64,000 nt of DNA from Verrucomicrobiota bacterium (GCA_039815375.1 JBCBZJ010000015.1:15170-79169), one strand, 5' to 3'. Positions 45,174-54,854 are shown, counted from the first letter of the stretch. Notes: a model not told the origin generated them from the sequence alone. Made by a program: numbers and translations.

Positions 45174-46244
45174 ATGAGTGATGAAAAGCCTGTTATCTTA
45201 ACCTGTGCCCAGCCGACAGGTGTATTGACCCTTGGTAACTACCTTGGTGCGGTAAAGAATTGGGCGACCATGCTGGATGACTACAACTGCTACTTCGGTG
45301 TGGTTGATTTACATGCTATCACGGTGAAATATACCCCGGCCGAGCTGCGGAAGAACACGCTCTCCTGTGTGGCTCAATACATTGCTTGTGGTCTTGAACC
45401 AGAGCGCTCCAATATCTTTATTCAATCCCATGTTATCGGGCATACTGAGCTGGCCTGGTTGTTGAGCTGTATCACGCCGATTGGCGAGCTCCAGCGGATG
45501 ACTCAATTCAAGGAGAAAGCGGCCAAGCTGGGCTTTAAGGTCGCGGAAGAAGACGATTCGAATGAGCTTAAGTTCTCCCATGAGGGTGCACGTGCTCAGG
45601 CCTCGGTGAATTCCGGCCTGCTCATGTATCCCGTGTTAATGGCTGCAGATATTTTGCTCTACAACGCGGATGCCGTTCCGGTCGGCAACGACCAACGCCA
45701 GCACCTCGAGCTTTGCCGCGATCTGGCTCAGCGTTTCAACCACAACTACTCAGATACCTTTACCATTCCTGAGCCTTTTATTCCGAAGGCCGGTGCGCGC
45801 ATCATGTCACTTCAGGATCCGATGCGCAAGATGTCGAAAAGCGACGAAAATCATAACGCGACGCTTTTTATACTCGACGATCCAAAAGTGCTTCAAAAAA
45901 AGATCATGAGTGCGGTGACGGATTCCGGTAGCGAAATTAAAGCGACAGAGGATAAGCCTGGAGTTTCGAATTTGCTTCAGGTTTATTCGGCTTCCTCTGG
46001 CCGGGAAATTGCCGAGATTGAAGAGGCCCTCGCAGGCAAAGGCTACGGCGACTTGAAGAAGGAGGTGGCCGATGCGGTCATCGCCATGCTCGAGCCGGTG
46101 CAGGCCAAATACAAAGAGCTTATCGGGGACAAAGGCTATCTTGAGAGTGTTCTCAAAAACGGTGCCGGAGCGGCACAAAAGCGGGCCTACAAGGTCTTGG
46201 GCAAAGTATATCGTAAGGCTGGATTTGTGGAACGTCCACGTTGA
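45174..46244 (+). CDS. trpS: tryptophan--tRNA ligase
   Basis: QPTGVLTLGNYLG, DLHAIT, YPVLMAADIL, VPVGNDQRQH, KMSKS. Confidence 0.97.
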   Translation: MSDEKPVILTCAQPTGVLTLGNYLGAVKNWATMLDDYNCYFGVVDLHAITVKYTPAELRKNTLSCVAQYIACGLEPERSNIFIQSHVIGHTELAWLLSCITPIGELQRMTQFKEKAAKLGFKVAEEDDSNELKFSHEGARAQASVNSGLLMYPVLMAADILLYNADAVPVGNDQRQHLELCRDLAQRFNHNYSDTFTIPEPFIPKAGARIMSLQDPMRKMSKSDENHNATLFILDDPKVLQKKIMSAVTDSGSEIKATEDKPGVSNLLQVYSASSGREIAEIEEALAGKGYGDLKKEVADAVIAMLEPVQAKYKELIGDKGYLESVLKNGAGAAQKRAYKVLGKVYRKAGFVERPR

Positions 46245-46320
46245 CCGCTTTAGAAAAGAAGGTTGATCGGTCGGTCGTAGTCCATTTTACTCTGTTCTCG
46301 AAAAAGCGACTAGCCCCTGA

Positions 46321-47613
46321 ATGCATCCAGACGACGATTCGCAGACGACACTTTCCAAATGGCCCTTTATTTTGGGGGACATTTTGCTCGTCACTACTGC
46401 GCTCGCCATTGCGATCCTCGGTGAGTGGCAACTGACAGAGTGGCAGATCGCATCCTGCGTCATTGCGGTTGCACTTGGTGCCGCTCTATTTGTTTTGCCT
46501 TACATTGTAGAGTATCAGGTTCGTGTTCGGGAGGAGCAGGAAGATCGCGCTGGAGATCTTCGTGTTTTAGAGCGGCACGTTCTTTCCGCCGAGCAGGCGA
46601 TTGATGGGATAGACGCCCGCATACGTGCACTCGAGGCAGCAGCTGCATCTGCTGCATCCGCTGGGGAGCCAAATTTTGTTTTGGCTGATGTATTTGGCCA
46701 AAAGCTTGAACAGCTTGCGAAAGAGCGTGCCGCTCAGGACAATGTTATTGGGGCACTTGAAAAGGAGATCGAAGCTCTGCCCAATAAGATCCCGGTTGCC
46801 TTCGATCCTGCCATCCTGGAGCCTCTGCAAGAGCGGCTGACAGCCTTGGAGAAGCGCCCAGTTGCTTCGTTGCCTAAAGAGATTCCGGTTCCGGTAAAAA
46901 CTGCCGATCTAAAAGCTGAGGATTCACCGGGACCTCCAGCTAGGAAAAAGGTGCTGGCAAAGCCTAAAAAAACCGTCTCTCAAATCGAGCGACCGAAACG
47001 CTCAACTCGAGAGAGACATAAGCCCGAGGAATCGCGACTTCTAAACCGTGCGATCAAAGAGAAACAGGATAGCTCATCAAGCGCGGTAAGCCGAATCATC
47101 GAATCCAGTCCGCAAGAGGAACTTGTTGAAAAGAAGAGTCCTCAAGCTCCGAAAAAGGAGGCGGTCGAGAGCTCCAAAGAGGAAGCCTCCCAGCCGGCTC
47201 CGGAGAAGAAGGAAACGCCCGCGAAAGTCGCGAAACCAGAGCCTAAAGAGGAAACTATCGATCTGAATGCTGAAGTTCCTGTCTTGGATTCCTCAGACAT
47301 GCTTTTCGACGAGCCTGCTCTAACTTCGCCAGCTAGGAAAACCCGGGCCAAAAAGACCGACGCTGTGTTGACTGCGTCGGTTTTCATTGGAATCGGCAAC
47401 AAGCCCTATCTTCGAGGCAATGGCGCAGGGCTCAATTGGGATAAAGGAGTCGCCATGGAATTTCAGGAAATTGGCAAATGGCGTTGGGTCGCTTCGCCTG
47501 ATTTGGACGGAGAACTTGAGGTGCAGCTCTATCGCAACGACGAGGATCCCGACAAATCAGGAAAGTACAAACTTAAGCCCGGGCAGAAACTCGAGGTCTC
47601 GCCTGTTTTCTGA
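46321..47613 (+). CDS. membrane protein: two TMs, coiled coil, P/E/K-rich linker, C-terminal beta-sandwich (CBM20-like) domain
   Basis: C-terminal VFIGIGNKPYLRGNGAGLNWDKGVAM...GKWRW. Confidence 0.7.
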   Translation: MHPDDDSQTTLSKWPFILGDILLVTTALAIAILGEWQLTEWQIASCVIAVALGAALFVLPYIVEYQVRVREEQEDRAGDLRVLERHVLSAEQAIDGIDARIRALEAAAASAASAGEPNFVLADVFGQKLEQLAKERAAQDNVIGALEKEIEALPNKIPVAFDPAILEPLQERLTALEKRPVASLPKEIPVPVKTADLKAEDSPGPPARKKVLAKPKKTVSQIERPKRSTRERHKPEESRLLNRAIKEKQDSSSSAVSRIIESSPQEELVEKKSPQAPKKEAVESSKEEASQPAPEKKETPAKVAKPEPKEETIDLNAEVPVLDSSDMLFDEPALTSPARKTRAKKTDAVLTASVFIGIGNKPYLRGNGAGLNWDKGVAMEFQEIGKWRWVASPDLDGELEVQLYRNDEDPDKSGKYKLKPGQKLEVSPVF

Positions 47614-47659
47614 TCCGGCACTTGCCTTTCCAGACTTAGATAAGTATCAAGGAGTCTGC

Positions 47660-49189
47660 ATGAGCAAGAAGGACAACTTGAAATTGCCTATTGATCCAGC
47701 GGATCTCTTAGCAGCCTTGCCCGACGCAATTGTGGTTCATGATATGGAGAATCGCGTTCTTTATTGGAGCCGTGCTGCAGAAAAACTCTATGGCTGGAGC
47801 GCTGAAGAAATCGAGGGCCGCCCAGTTGAGCCGATTTTCTACCTTGAACCGTCTGAGCGTCAGCTCGCTGTTGAGTTGCTTCGTGATACCGGCTTCTGGT
47901 CTGGCGAACTCCGGCAGTTCGACCGTGATGGTCATGAATACCTTATTGATGTTCGCCAACAGTTGTATCGTGATGAAGGCGGTGAGCCCGTCGCGGTCTT
48001 TTCCTTTAATCGTGATATAACCGAGCAGCGCAGGCAGGCGGATGCTGCTGAACGGGCGCATCATATCCAGTCTTCCAGTATTCTAGCTGGTGGCATTGCT
48101 CACGAGCTGAATAACGCGCTCGCGCCGATCATGCTTTCTGCGGCGATGTTGGAACGCTCAATGGACGACGATAAAGCCAGAAGGATGCTCGCGATGATCG
48201 AGAAATGCGCATCTAAAGGAGCAGACTTGATTTCTGATTTGCTGGCGTTTGAGCGAGGTAAATGGGGTGCCCGTAAGGTGATTAGTAAAGCTCAGATAAG
48301 CAAAGGGATTGAATGCGCCAGAGATTCTGTCGTGCCCGAATCGGTAGAATTGAATACTTCGCTTGCCGAAGACCTCTGGGAGTTTCAGGGAGAAGCCTCT
48401 GAATTGGGAGAAGCCTTTGAGCACGTTATGCAAAACGCTTGTGAGGCAATGCCGGATGGCGGCTATTTAAACATCGAGATTTCGAATTGCTTGTTCGATG
48501 AAAACTTCTCCAACCTTGCACCTGAAGCGAAAGTGGGTGCTTATGTGAGCATTGCTTTTAAAGATACCGGGTTCGGTATCGAAAAGAGCATAATAGACCG
48601 CGTGGCAGAGCCTCTCTTCACGACGAAGGAACCAAAGCGGGACCATGGATTCGGGCTCTCCAAAACGCATGCTATCATTAAGGGGCATAATGGATTTATG
48701 GTTCTCGATAGCGAACGTGGTGACGGGACTACGCTGACATTTTATCTGCCAGCCCACGCTAAGGCCGGAAAGTCAGACGTTGAGCAGTCTCAGGCGGCGG
48801 TGGAGGATTATACATCAGGTGCTGATCGGCTCGTTTTGGTTGCCGATGACGAGCTCTTTGTTCGTGAGACGATCAAGTGCACGCTTGAAGACCGTAGCTA
48901 CACTGTGATTACCGCCCAAGATGGCGTAGAGGCGTTGGCTATTTACGCGAGCCGTCAAAAGGAAATCGACATCGTCATAACTAATATCGAGATGCCTTTT
49001 ATGGATGGCCCAGCTCTCTGTAGAGCTCTGATCAGAATGAATCCGGAGGTGCGCATACTTGTCTCCAGCGGCCATAGGCAGAAAGAGAAGCTTGCAGAGA
49101 TCAAATTATCCGGCGTCGACGAGTTTCTGCCAAAACCTTATACTGCGGATCAGCTGGCTGATCGTGTCCGAACCATTTTGGAACGCTAG
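47660..49189 (+). CDS. PAS-HisKA-HATPase-REC hybrid sensor kinase
   Basis: PAS (YWSRAAEKLYGW), H-box IAHELNN, DTGFGI, EPLFTTK, receiver VADDE...KPY. Start ATG 47660 after AAGGAG. Confidence 0.9.
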   Translation: MSKKDNLKLPIDPADLLAALPDAIVVHDMENRVLYWSRAAEKLYGWSAEEIEGRPVEPIFYLEPSERQLAVELLRDTGFWSGELRQFDRDGHEYLIDVRQQLYRDEGGEPVAVFSFNRDITEQRRQADAAERAHHIQSSSILAGGIAHELNNALAPIMLSAAMLERSMDDDKARRMLAMIEKCASKGADLISDLLAFERGKWGARKVISKAQISKGIECARDSVVPESVELNTSLAEDLWEFQGEASELGEAFEHVMQNACEAMPDGGYLNIEISNCLFDENFSNLAPEAKVGAYVSIAFKDTGFGIEKSIIDRVAEPLFTTKEPKRDHGFGLSKTHAIIKGHNGFMVLDSERGDGTTLTFYLPAHAKAGKSDVEQSQAAVEDYTSGADRLVLVADDELFVRETIKCTLEDRSYTVITAQDGVEALAIYASRQKEIDIVITNIEMPFMDGPALCRALIRMNPEVRILVSSGHRQKEKLAEIKLSGVDEFLPKPYTADQLADRVRTILER

Positions 49190-49203
49190 CTAAGTCGCAA
49201 AGC

Positions 49204-49290
<87 letters not shown>

Positions 49291-49356
49291 ACTTGATGAG
49301 GGTCTAGAAATGCAGCCGCTTATCCGGATTGCAAGTATTTGCTTTGAGTTGCGTGT

Positions 49357-49821
49357 CTACTTCTCGACCTGCAGCACTCCATCATTGATAATTCGAGCAC
49401 GCAGGCCCCCGCGTCCCCGGAGTGCCTGTTCAGCCCCTTCTGCCACGGCCTCATTCATCCAGTAGCAGGGCTTGGCTTCTTCGGTTCCTTCAAATTCGAT
49501 ACCTTGTATGCTAAAAGGCTGGCCGATCATGGAGTTGAGATTGGCTCCCGATAAAATTACGTTGCGACGAAACACGGAAGGTTCGAGCTCGGGTTTCGAA
49601 AATGCCTTTTTGATGTCCTCAAAGACGGCTTCGTCAAAGAAAGTAACTTGGCCTTTGTAGTTGTCTTTGTAGTCGAAGAAACGGTCTCCAATAAGGCCTT
49701 TGCCTGCGACGCATTCGACTGTATCGACTGTCTGAATGCCATGGTCCATTCTGTCTTGTCCGTTTCTTCCGTAAAAATCGTGGCCCGAAGAAATAAAGAT
49801 GGCTTTGACTTTAATGCTCAT
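49357..49821 (-). CDS. MOSC-domain protein (Moco sulfurase C-terminal-like)
   Basis: GKGLIGDRF, GQVTF, FRRNV, KPCYWM, GRGGLRARI. Start at ATG 49821. Confidence 0.85.
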   Translation of the reverse strand: MSIKVKAIFISSGHDFYGRNGQDRMDHGIQTVDTVECVAGKGLIGDRFFDYKDNYKGQVTFFDEAVFEDIKKAFSKPELEPSVFRRNVILSGANLNSMIGQPFSIQGIEFEGTEEAKPCYWMNEAVAEGAEQALRGRGGLRARIINDGVLQVEK

Positions 49822-49855
49822 GGTGATGGTGGTTTTCGAAATTGGCGGGATCGGC

Positions 49856-50278
49856 TCATCCGCAAATGTGGTTTTCAATCCAACTGCTTTTGCTGTCTTT
49901 GTAGGTTTCCTTTTTCCAGACTGGAAGGCGGAATTTCACATTATCAATGATATATCTGGAGGCGCTGAATGTGGCGTCGCGGTGATCGGCTGTGACACCG
50001 ATCCAGACGGCGATCTCACCGATCTGAAGGGTGCCGCTTCGATGAACAATCGCCGCGTCCTTAATTTTGAATTTCTCTTTTGCTTCAGCGAGAATGGCCC
50101 CGGCCACCGATGGTGCAAGCTCGGGATAGCAGCTGTAATGAAGCTCGCTGACGGTTTTTCCTTTGTTGTGGTCGCGAACCCAGCCTTCGTAACTGCAGTA
50201 GGCACCTGCACTAAGCGATAGCATTTGCTCCCGTAGCTTAGATGGTTCGATCACGTTTTCTGTGAGTTCGAATTTCAT
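49856..50278 (-). CDS. moaE: molybdopterin synthase catalytic subunit (frame continues past the TGA to TAA 49811)
   Basis: GAYCSYEGWVRDHN, HRSGTLQIGE, HRDATF, VKFRLPVWKKE. Confidence 0.93.
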   Translation of the reverse strand: MKFELTENVIEPSKLREQMLSLSAGAYCSYEGWVRDHNKGKTVSELHYSCYPELAPSVAGAILAEAKEKFKIKDAAIVHRSGTLQIGEIAVWIGVTADHRDATFSASRYIIDNVKFRLPVWKKETYKDSKSSWIENHICG

Positions 50279-50514
50279 CCTCCGGTCATAGGGGGCAGGA
50301 ATGCGATTTGGTCTCCGTCCTCGAGAGGCGTCTTGTGGGCGCTGAGCTGGTGGTTGATGGCTACCTGTAGCTGAGTGAAGGTATGCGGGAAACTGTAGTC
50401 GGATTTCAACTTATTGTAGAGAGCCTCGGCAGAGGGGTCTTCCAACTCCAGAGTTTCTTCTGTTTTATGAGCCAGATCGGCAAGTTGTGCGAAGTAGAGA
50501 ACTTTAACATTCAT
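50275..50514 (-). CDS. moaD: molybdopterin synthase sulfur carrier
   Basis: VLYFAQL...VAIN...DGDQIAFLPPMTGG with C-terminal GG. Confidence 0.93.
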   Translation of the reverse strand: MNVKVLYFAQLADLAHKTEETLELEDPSAEALYNKLKSDYSFPHTFTQLQVAINHQLSAHKTPLEDGDQIAFLPPMTGG

Positions 50515-51101
50515 TGTCTATCGAGAATAGCTTCATATTCTTCGTTCGTGTTGATGTTGATAAGGCTCTCTGGGTCGTCTTGATCGATCAAGCGGGCCTT
50601 CTTGATAATTAGTAGCTCCCGAATGCTAAATCTGCCTATTTCCCGTGCGAGAGCAAGGAGCTCACCGCCTTTGCCTGAGGGATAAATTGCGCATAGTGGT
50701 TCCGGCAGGTCGCCATGTTTGCTTTTGTAGGCGATTAGGTTTTCGGAATGTAGATGGTAGCTGGAAACGAGCCTTTGTAGTGTTTCTTTTTTGAGTTTTG
50801 GCAGGTCGCAGGCGACGACCAGCCAGTTGGCTTCAGGGTGGGCTGCCATGGCCGAGAGGATTCCGCAGAGAGGACCTGCTACTTCATCGACCGAATCGTA
50901 GATCACATCTGTTCCTGGCGGCAAATCAAAGTGCTGCTCCCGGCGAAGTGAGATAAAGGTCTTTTTGCAAACGGCACTCAGTAGAGACGCGCTACGTTCG
51001 AGTTGAGTTCGTTCGCCACCGTAAGAGAGCAAGGCTTTGTCTCGACCCATACGTTCACTTTTCCCGCCGACCAGGAGGAGTCCGAAAATGGGTGCACTCA
51101 T
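50511..51101 (-). CDS. mobA: molybdenum cofactor guanylyltransferase
   Basis: LLVGGKSERMGRDKA, GPLCGI, VACDLP, EPLCAIY, NINTNEE. Confidence 0.9.
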   Translation of the reverse strand: MSAPIFGLLLVGGKSERMGRDKALLSYGGERTQLERSASLLSAVCKKTFISLRREQHFDLPPGTDVIYDSVDEVAGPLCGILSAMAAHPEANWLVVACDLPKLKKETLQRLVSSYHLHSENLIAYKSKHGDLPEPLCAIYPSGKGGELLALAREIGRFSIRELLIIKKARLIDQDDPESLININTNEEYEAILDRQ

Positions 51102-51568
51102 GCCTTGTAATCGTTTTTGCCGCCAGTCTTTTCAATCAGGCGCGTATCCTCGATGACGATGTCTTTCGAAGCCGCTTTGCACATATCGTAGATCGTGAGC
51201 GCGGCACCTGAAGCAGCCGTTAGCGCTTCCATTTCAACGCCTGTTTGATCGAGGACCCTGACCCGTGCTTCGATGCGTAATCGCGCTTCGTCGACAGGTT
51301 CAATTTTGATTTTTACTGATTTAAGATTGAGCGGATGACAGAAGGGAATCAATTCGGAGGTTTTCTTTGCTGCCATCGTTCCGGCAATGATCGCGGTGTC
51401 TAAGATCGGACCTTTTTTCGAGCTCCATTCCGAATTCTTAAAAGCGATCATGATCTCCGAACCAAGTCTTACGAAGCTCTCCGCAATGGCCACGCGCTCG
51501 GTAACTGCTTTTTCGGAGACGTCGACCATGGTTGGCTTTTGATCCTTATCGATATGCGTAAAGTCCAT
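51098..51568 (-). CDS. moaC: cyclic pyranopterin monophosphate synthase
   Basis: MVDVSEK, KKTSELIPFCHP, TGVEMEAL, TIYDMCKA, KTGGK. Confidence 0.96.
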   Translation of the reverse strand: MDFTHIDKDQKPTMVDVSEKAVTERVAIAESFVRLGSEIMIAFKNSEWSSKKGPILDTAIIAGTMAAKKTSELIPFCHPLNLKSVKIKIEPVDEARLRIEARVRVLDQTGVEMEALTAASGAALTIYDMCKAASKDIVIEDTRLIEKTGGKNDYKA

Positions 51569-51610
51569 AGAGGGTATAGTCTGCAGATTCAGAGATTTGC
51601 ACAGAACATT

Positions 51611-52813
51611 TTAGTGCCATGGGTAGAAAGTGTAGGCTTTACCCTGAGTTGCCTCCGCTTCGCCGGGCGGAACCATGATGTATCCATTGCTTTGAAGGAT
51701 GCGAACAAGGTCGCCTGAGTTTTGAGGCTGACAGGGTGAAGCGGTGTTGTTTGAACCTACCGCAACGGGGAGGAATACAGTGGTGTCTTTACGGACGGAT
51801 TCACTTTTGTTGAGCAGGACAGATTGATGGGAATCTGCTGAGTCGAGGCCCAATGCTTTCTCAAGCGCAGGTATGACGTAGTGATGGAGGCAGGTGAGAG
51901 TCGAAAGTGGATTGCCGGGTAGGGCGAAAACTGCACAGTGGTTAGTCGTCCAGTAGCCCATAGGCTTCCCGGGCTTTTGTGCGATGCCATGGAAGTGGCA
52001 TGTTAAACCGAGCTCATCGAGTGTTTCGGGAATGAAGTCTTTTTTTCCCATAGAAATGCCGCCGCTTAGGATGACGAAGTCGTTTTGTTCGATGAGAGAC
52101 TTGAGTTTGCTGTAGACGATTTCTGGCTCGTCCGGGAGGTGGACTTTTTTCTCAGCGTTGAGATGGATGCGCGCGAGTCCGGTTTCGATGCAAGAATCGT
52201 TGGAGCGTCGAATTTGGTGTGGTTCGGGTTTCTGGTCGACCGCCACAAGCTCATCGCCGGAGCATGCGATTGCGATACGTGGGATCTTTGAAACTTTAAG
52301 TTTGGCGTAGCCACAGGTCGCTGCAGCCGCGACCTCGCGACTTCCGATTTTTTGGCCTGTTTGAAGTAGAGCTGCTCCGGCATCAAAGTCACTACCTTTT
52401 CTGTGAATGAAATCACCCGGATGGATCGGTGCTTCGTCGGTCAGGCGTATCTGGCCATCGTCCGTGCGCTCGGTATTTTCATAGGGCACAACACAGTCCG
52501 CCATTTCAGGCAGGATCGCACCAGTCATGATTTCAACGCAATCATTGGGTCCTTCACCGTTGCTGATTCTTGGTGCTCCGGCGGTAGCCATGCCAGTGAG
52601 CTTTAAGGTGAGCCCGTGTTTTGCATCAGATGCACGTAGCGCATACCCGTCCATCATCGAACGGTCGAATGGCGGGAAGGGTCGGTCCGTCACGATATTT
52701 TGACGGAGGGCGCGACCCGCGCATTTATCCACCGGACAGTCAATGGTCGGGATGTTCGGCAAATGTGCGGCAATGCGTTGACGTGCCTCGGATGGCTCTA
52801 TCAGTTCCTTCAT
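51611..52813 (-). CDS. moeA: molybdopterin molybdenumtransferase
   Basis: PPFDRSMMDGYA, IMTGA, SGDEL, SGGISMG, KPGKP, LPGNP. Start at ATG 52813. Confidence 0.94.
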   Translation of the reverse strand: MKELIEPSEARQRIAAHLPNIPTIDCPVDKCAGRALRQNIVTDRPFPPFDRSMMDGYALRASDAKHGLTLKLTGMATAGAPRISNGEGPNDCVEIMTGAILPEMADCVVPYENTERTDDGQIRLTDEAPIHPGDFIHRKGSDFDAGAALLQTGQKIGSREVAAAATCGYAKLKVSKIPRIAIACSGDELVAVDQKPEPHQIRRSNDSCIETGLARIHLNAEKKVHLPDEPEIVYSKLKSLIEQNDFVILSGGISMGKKDFIPETLDELGLTCHFHGIAQKPGKPMGYWTTNHCAVFALPGNPLSTLTCLHHYVIPALEKALGLDSADSHQSVLLNKSESVRKDTTVFLPVAVGSNNTASPCQPQNSGDLVRILQSNGYIMVPPGEAEATQGKAYTFYPWH

Positions 52814-52819
52814 GCTGGA

Positions 52820-53869
52820 ATGCAAGTAAGTAGTAAAAAGTTGGAATTTAGAGAAGAGAAATCCACAGTAAAGGATCTGCAAGGCCGTGGACTGAGCGAT
52901 TTGCGTATTTCACTGACGGATCGTTGCAACCTTCGCTGCACTTATTGTATGCCGAAAGAGATCTTTGGAGCAGATTACGTTTTTTTGAAGAAGGACGAGT
53001 GGCTTCGTTTTCAGGAGCTTGATGACCTCGTCGAAGCTTTTGTCGGATTAGGTGTTCGCAAAATCAGGCTTACGGGAGGCGAACCGCTTTTACGCCCTGG
53101 TCTGGTAAAGTATATCGAGGGTTTACGGCGCTTTTCCAAGATCGAAGATATTGCACTGACTACCAATGGCCTGCGGCTCGCGGAGAAAGTGGAAGAATTG
53201 AAGGAAGCGGGCCTGAGTCGTGTGACGGTCAGTCTGGATGCGCTCGACCCTAATATCTGTGGGACAATGAATGGCCGAGGCATTGCGCCGAAGGTTGTGC
53301 TGGCCGGAATCGAAGCGGCTCTGAACGTTGGGCTTGGTGTAAAAGTCAACATGGTGGTCGAGCGTGGAGTCAATGACTCCCAGATCCTGCCAATGGCACG
53401 CTACTTTAAGAACTCAGGTATAACGCTCCGCTTTATCGAATTCATGGATGCTGGAAACCATAATGACTGGAAGTTGGAACGCGTAGTGAGCGGCGAGGAG
53501 ATTCTTGAATTAATCCGATCCGAGTTTGTCGTCCAACCGGTCGACCTCACTTCGAGTGCAGAGGTAGCCAAGCGCTATACTTATGCTGATGGTGGTGCGG
53601 AGTTCGGCCTGATTACATCAGTCACCAAGCCTTTTTGTGGAGGTTGCACCCGGGCGCGTATCTCGGCGGACGGAAAGTTGTTTACCTGCCTTTTTGCCGC
53701 AAAGGGCCTGGATTTGAAGGCTTATATGAGATCCGAAGCTTATTCGAAAGAGGGCCTTTTCAATAGGTTATCCATGCACTGGGGCGTTCGAAATGATCGA
53801 TACTCAGAGCTTAGAGCCGGTGGATCAGCGGTTCAATCGAAGGTAGAAATGTCCTATATCGGAGGCTAG
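52820..53869 (+). CDS. moaA: GTP 3',8-cyclase
   Basis: LRISLTDRCNLRCTYCM radical-SAM motif, RLTGGEP, FCGGCTRAR...TCLF, MSYIGG terminus. Start is ATG 52820 or TTG 52841. Confidence 0.95.
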   Translation: MQVSSKKLEFREEKSTVKDLQGRGLSDLRISLTDRCNLRCTYCMPKEIFGADYVFLKKDEWLRFQELDDLVEAFVGLGVRKIRLTGGEPLLRPGLVKYIEGLRRFSKIEDIALTTNGLRLAEKVEELKEAGLSRVTVSLDALDPNICGTMNGRGIAPKVVLAGIEAALNVGLGVKVNMVVERGVNDSQILPMARYFKNSGITLRFIEFMDAGNHNDWKLERVVSGEEILELIRSEFVVQPVDLTSSAEVAKRYTYADGGAEFGLITSVTKPFCGGCTRARISADGKLFTCLFAAKGLDLKAYMRSEAYSKEGLFNRLSMHWGVRNDRYSELRAGGSAVQSKVEMSYIGG

Positions 53870-53872
53870 TGC

Positions 53873-54802
53873 CTAGTTTGTGCCACTTGTTGTGACTACT
53901 TGTGAGTTGCTGCTGACCGATTCACATATGCCGAGGAATGTCTCTTCGGTTATCGAAAGTTTCTTTTCCTTTGCGTAACAGATACCCCAGTCCCGGGTGA
54001 TTTTCTTACGCCCGAGCGGTATTTGCGACATACTGCCGCGTGCTAATTCGTCACGCACGCTCCAGGATGCCATGAAGCTGATACCGTAGTTGATCTTAAT
54101 CAGTTCCTTGATCGCTTCCATACTTCCAAGTTCGATATAATTTTCGAGTGTCACTTTATTTTCACGAAGAAATTGCGCAATTTTTTGGAAGGTCAGGCTG
54201 GTTTTATTGTACAAAACTAGACGTTCGTGATCAATTTCGCTCATGCGAATGCTTCCTTTTTGAACAAAATTATGGATAGGCGAGGTAACCAGGATAAGGT
54301 CATCAGAAAAAAGCGGGCGGATATTGATGTCTTTTGAGGGTCCTGGATCCACTACGATCGCCAGATCTATTTCGTGAACTTCGACTTTTTGGATCAGTTC
54401 CGGAGAGTCTGCCGGGGTAATGTTGAGAATGCAGTCGGGAAAGCATTCATTGAACTCTCTCAAAACGTTAGGAAGTATGTGTTGGCAAGCTGTTGTGCTG
54501 GCTCCGATTCGGAGACGACCTCTGCCCCAATTGGCTCGATCCTGGATCCGGTTGCGCGCTTCTTCCATTTGATGGATAATGGCTTGCGCATCTTTATAAA
54601 GTTCTTCTCCGTCGGCTGTGATGTGAATTTTTCGTCCTGTTCGGGTCACTAATTGACATCGCAAATCAGATTCCAGATTTTTAATGGAATGGCTGATTGC
54701 AGATTGCGTTAGGTTTAGAATCCCGGCCGTTTCAGTGAAGCTTCCAGTCTGAACAAGCGTGCAAAAGGCGAGTAATTGGCGGCTGTCGATTGTCTCAATC
54801 AT
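53873..54802 (-). CDS. LysR-family transcriptional regulator
   Basis: [36 protein letters not shown], substrate-binding domain; divergent from the nitrate operon. Confidence 0.93.
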   Translation of the reverse strand: MIETIDSRQLLAFCTLVQTGSFTETAGILNLTQSAISHSIKNLESDLRCQLVTRTGRKIHITADGEELYKDAQAIIHQMEEARNRIQDRANWGRGRLRIGASTTACQHILPNVLREFNECFPDCILNITPADSPELIQKVEVHEIDLAIVVDPGPSKDINIRPLFSDDLILVTSPIHNFVQKGSIRMSEIDHERLVLYNKTSLTFQKIAQFLRENKVTLENYIELGSMEAIKELIKINYGISFMASWSVRDELARGSMSQIPLGRKKITRDWGICYAKEKKLSITEETFLGICESVSSNSQVVTTSGTN

Positions 54803-54816
54803 GAATGAAATTCATT
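54801..54816. promoter_or_regulatory. candidate LysR box (T-N11-A, AT-N11-AT) overlapping the LysR start
   Basis: ATGAATGAAATTCATT with dyad symmetry (AATGAA-a-TTCATT). Confidence 0.5.
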
Positions 54817-54854
54817 AAATTTATGATTACATTTATATCGCTTATTTGAGAGAC

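Noticed and set aside
47387..47659. N-terminal extension of the sensor kinase in the ORF track
   Set aside because: Overlaps the upstream gene; ATG 47660 has an AAGGAG RBS. The track extensions of aroE, moaA, moeA, nrtA and the PpiD-like gene were trimmed on similar grounds.
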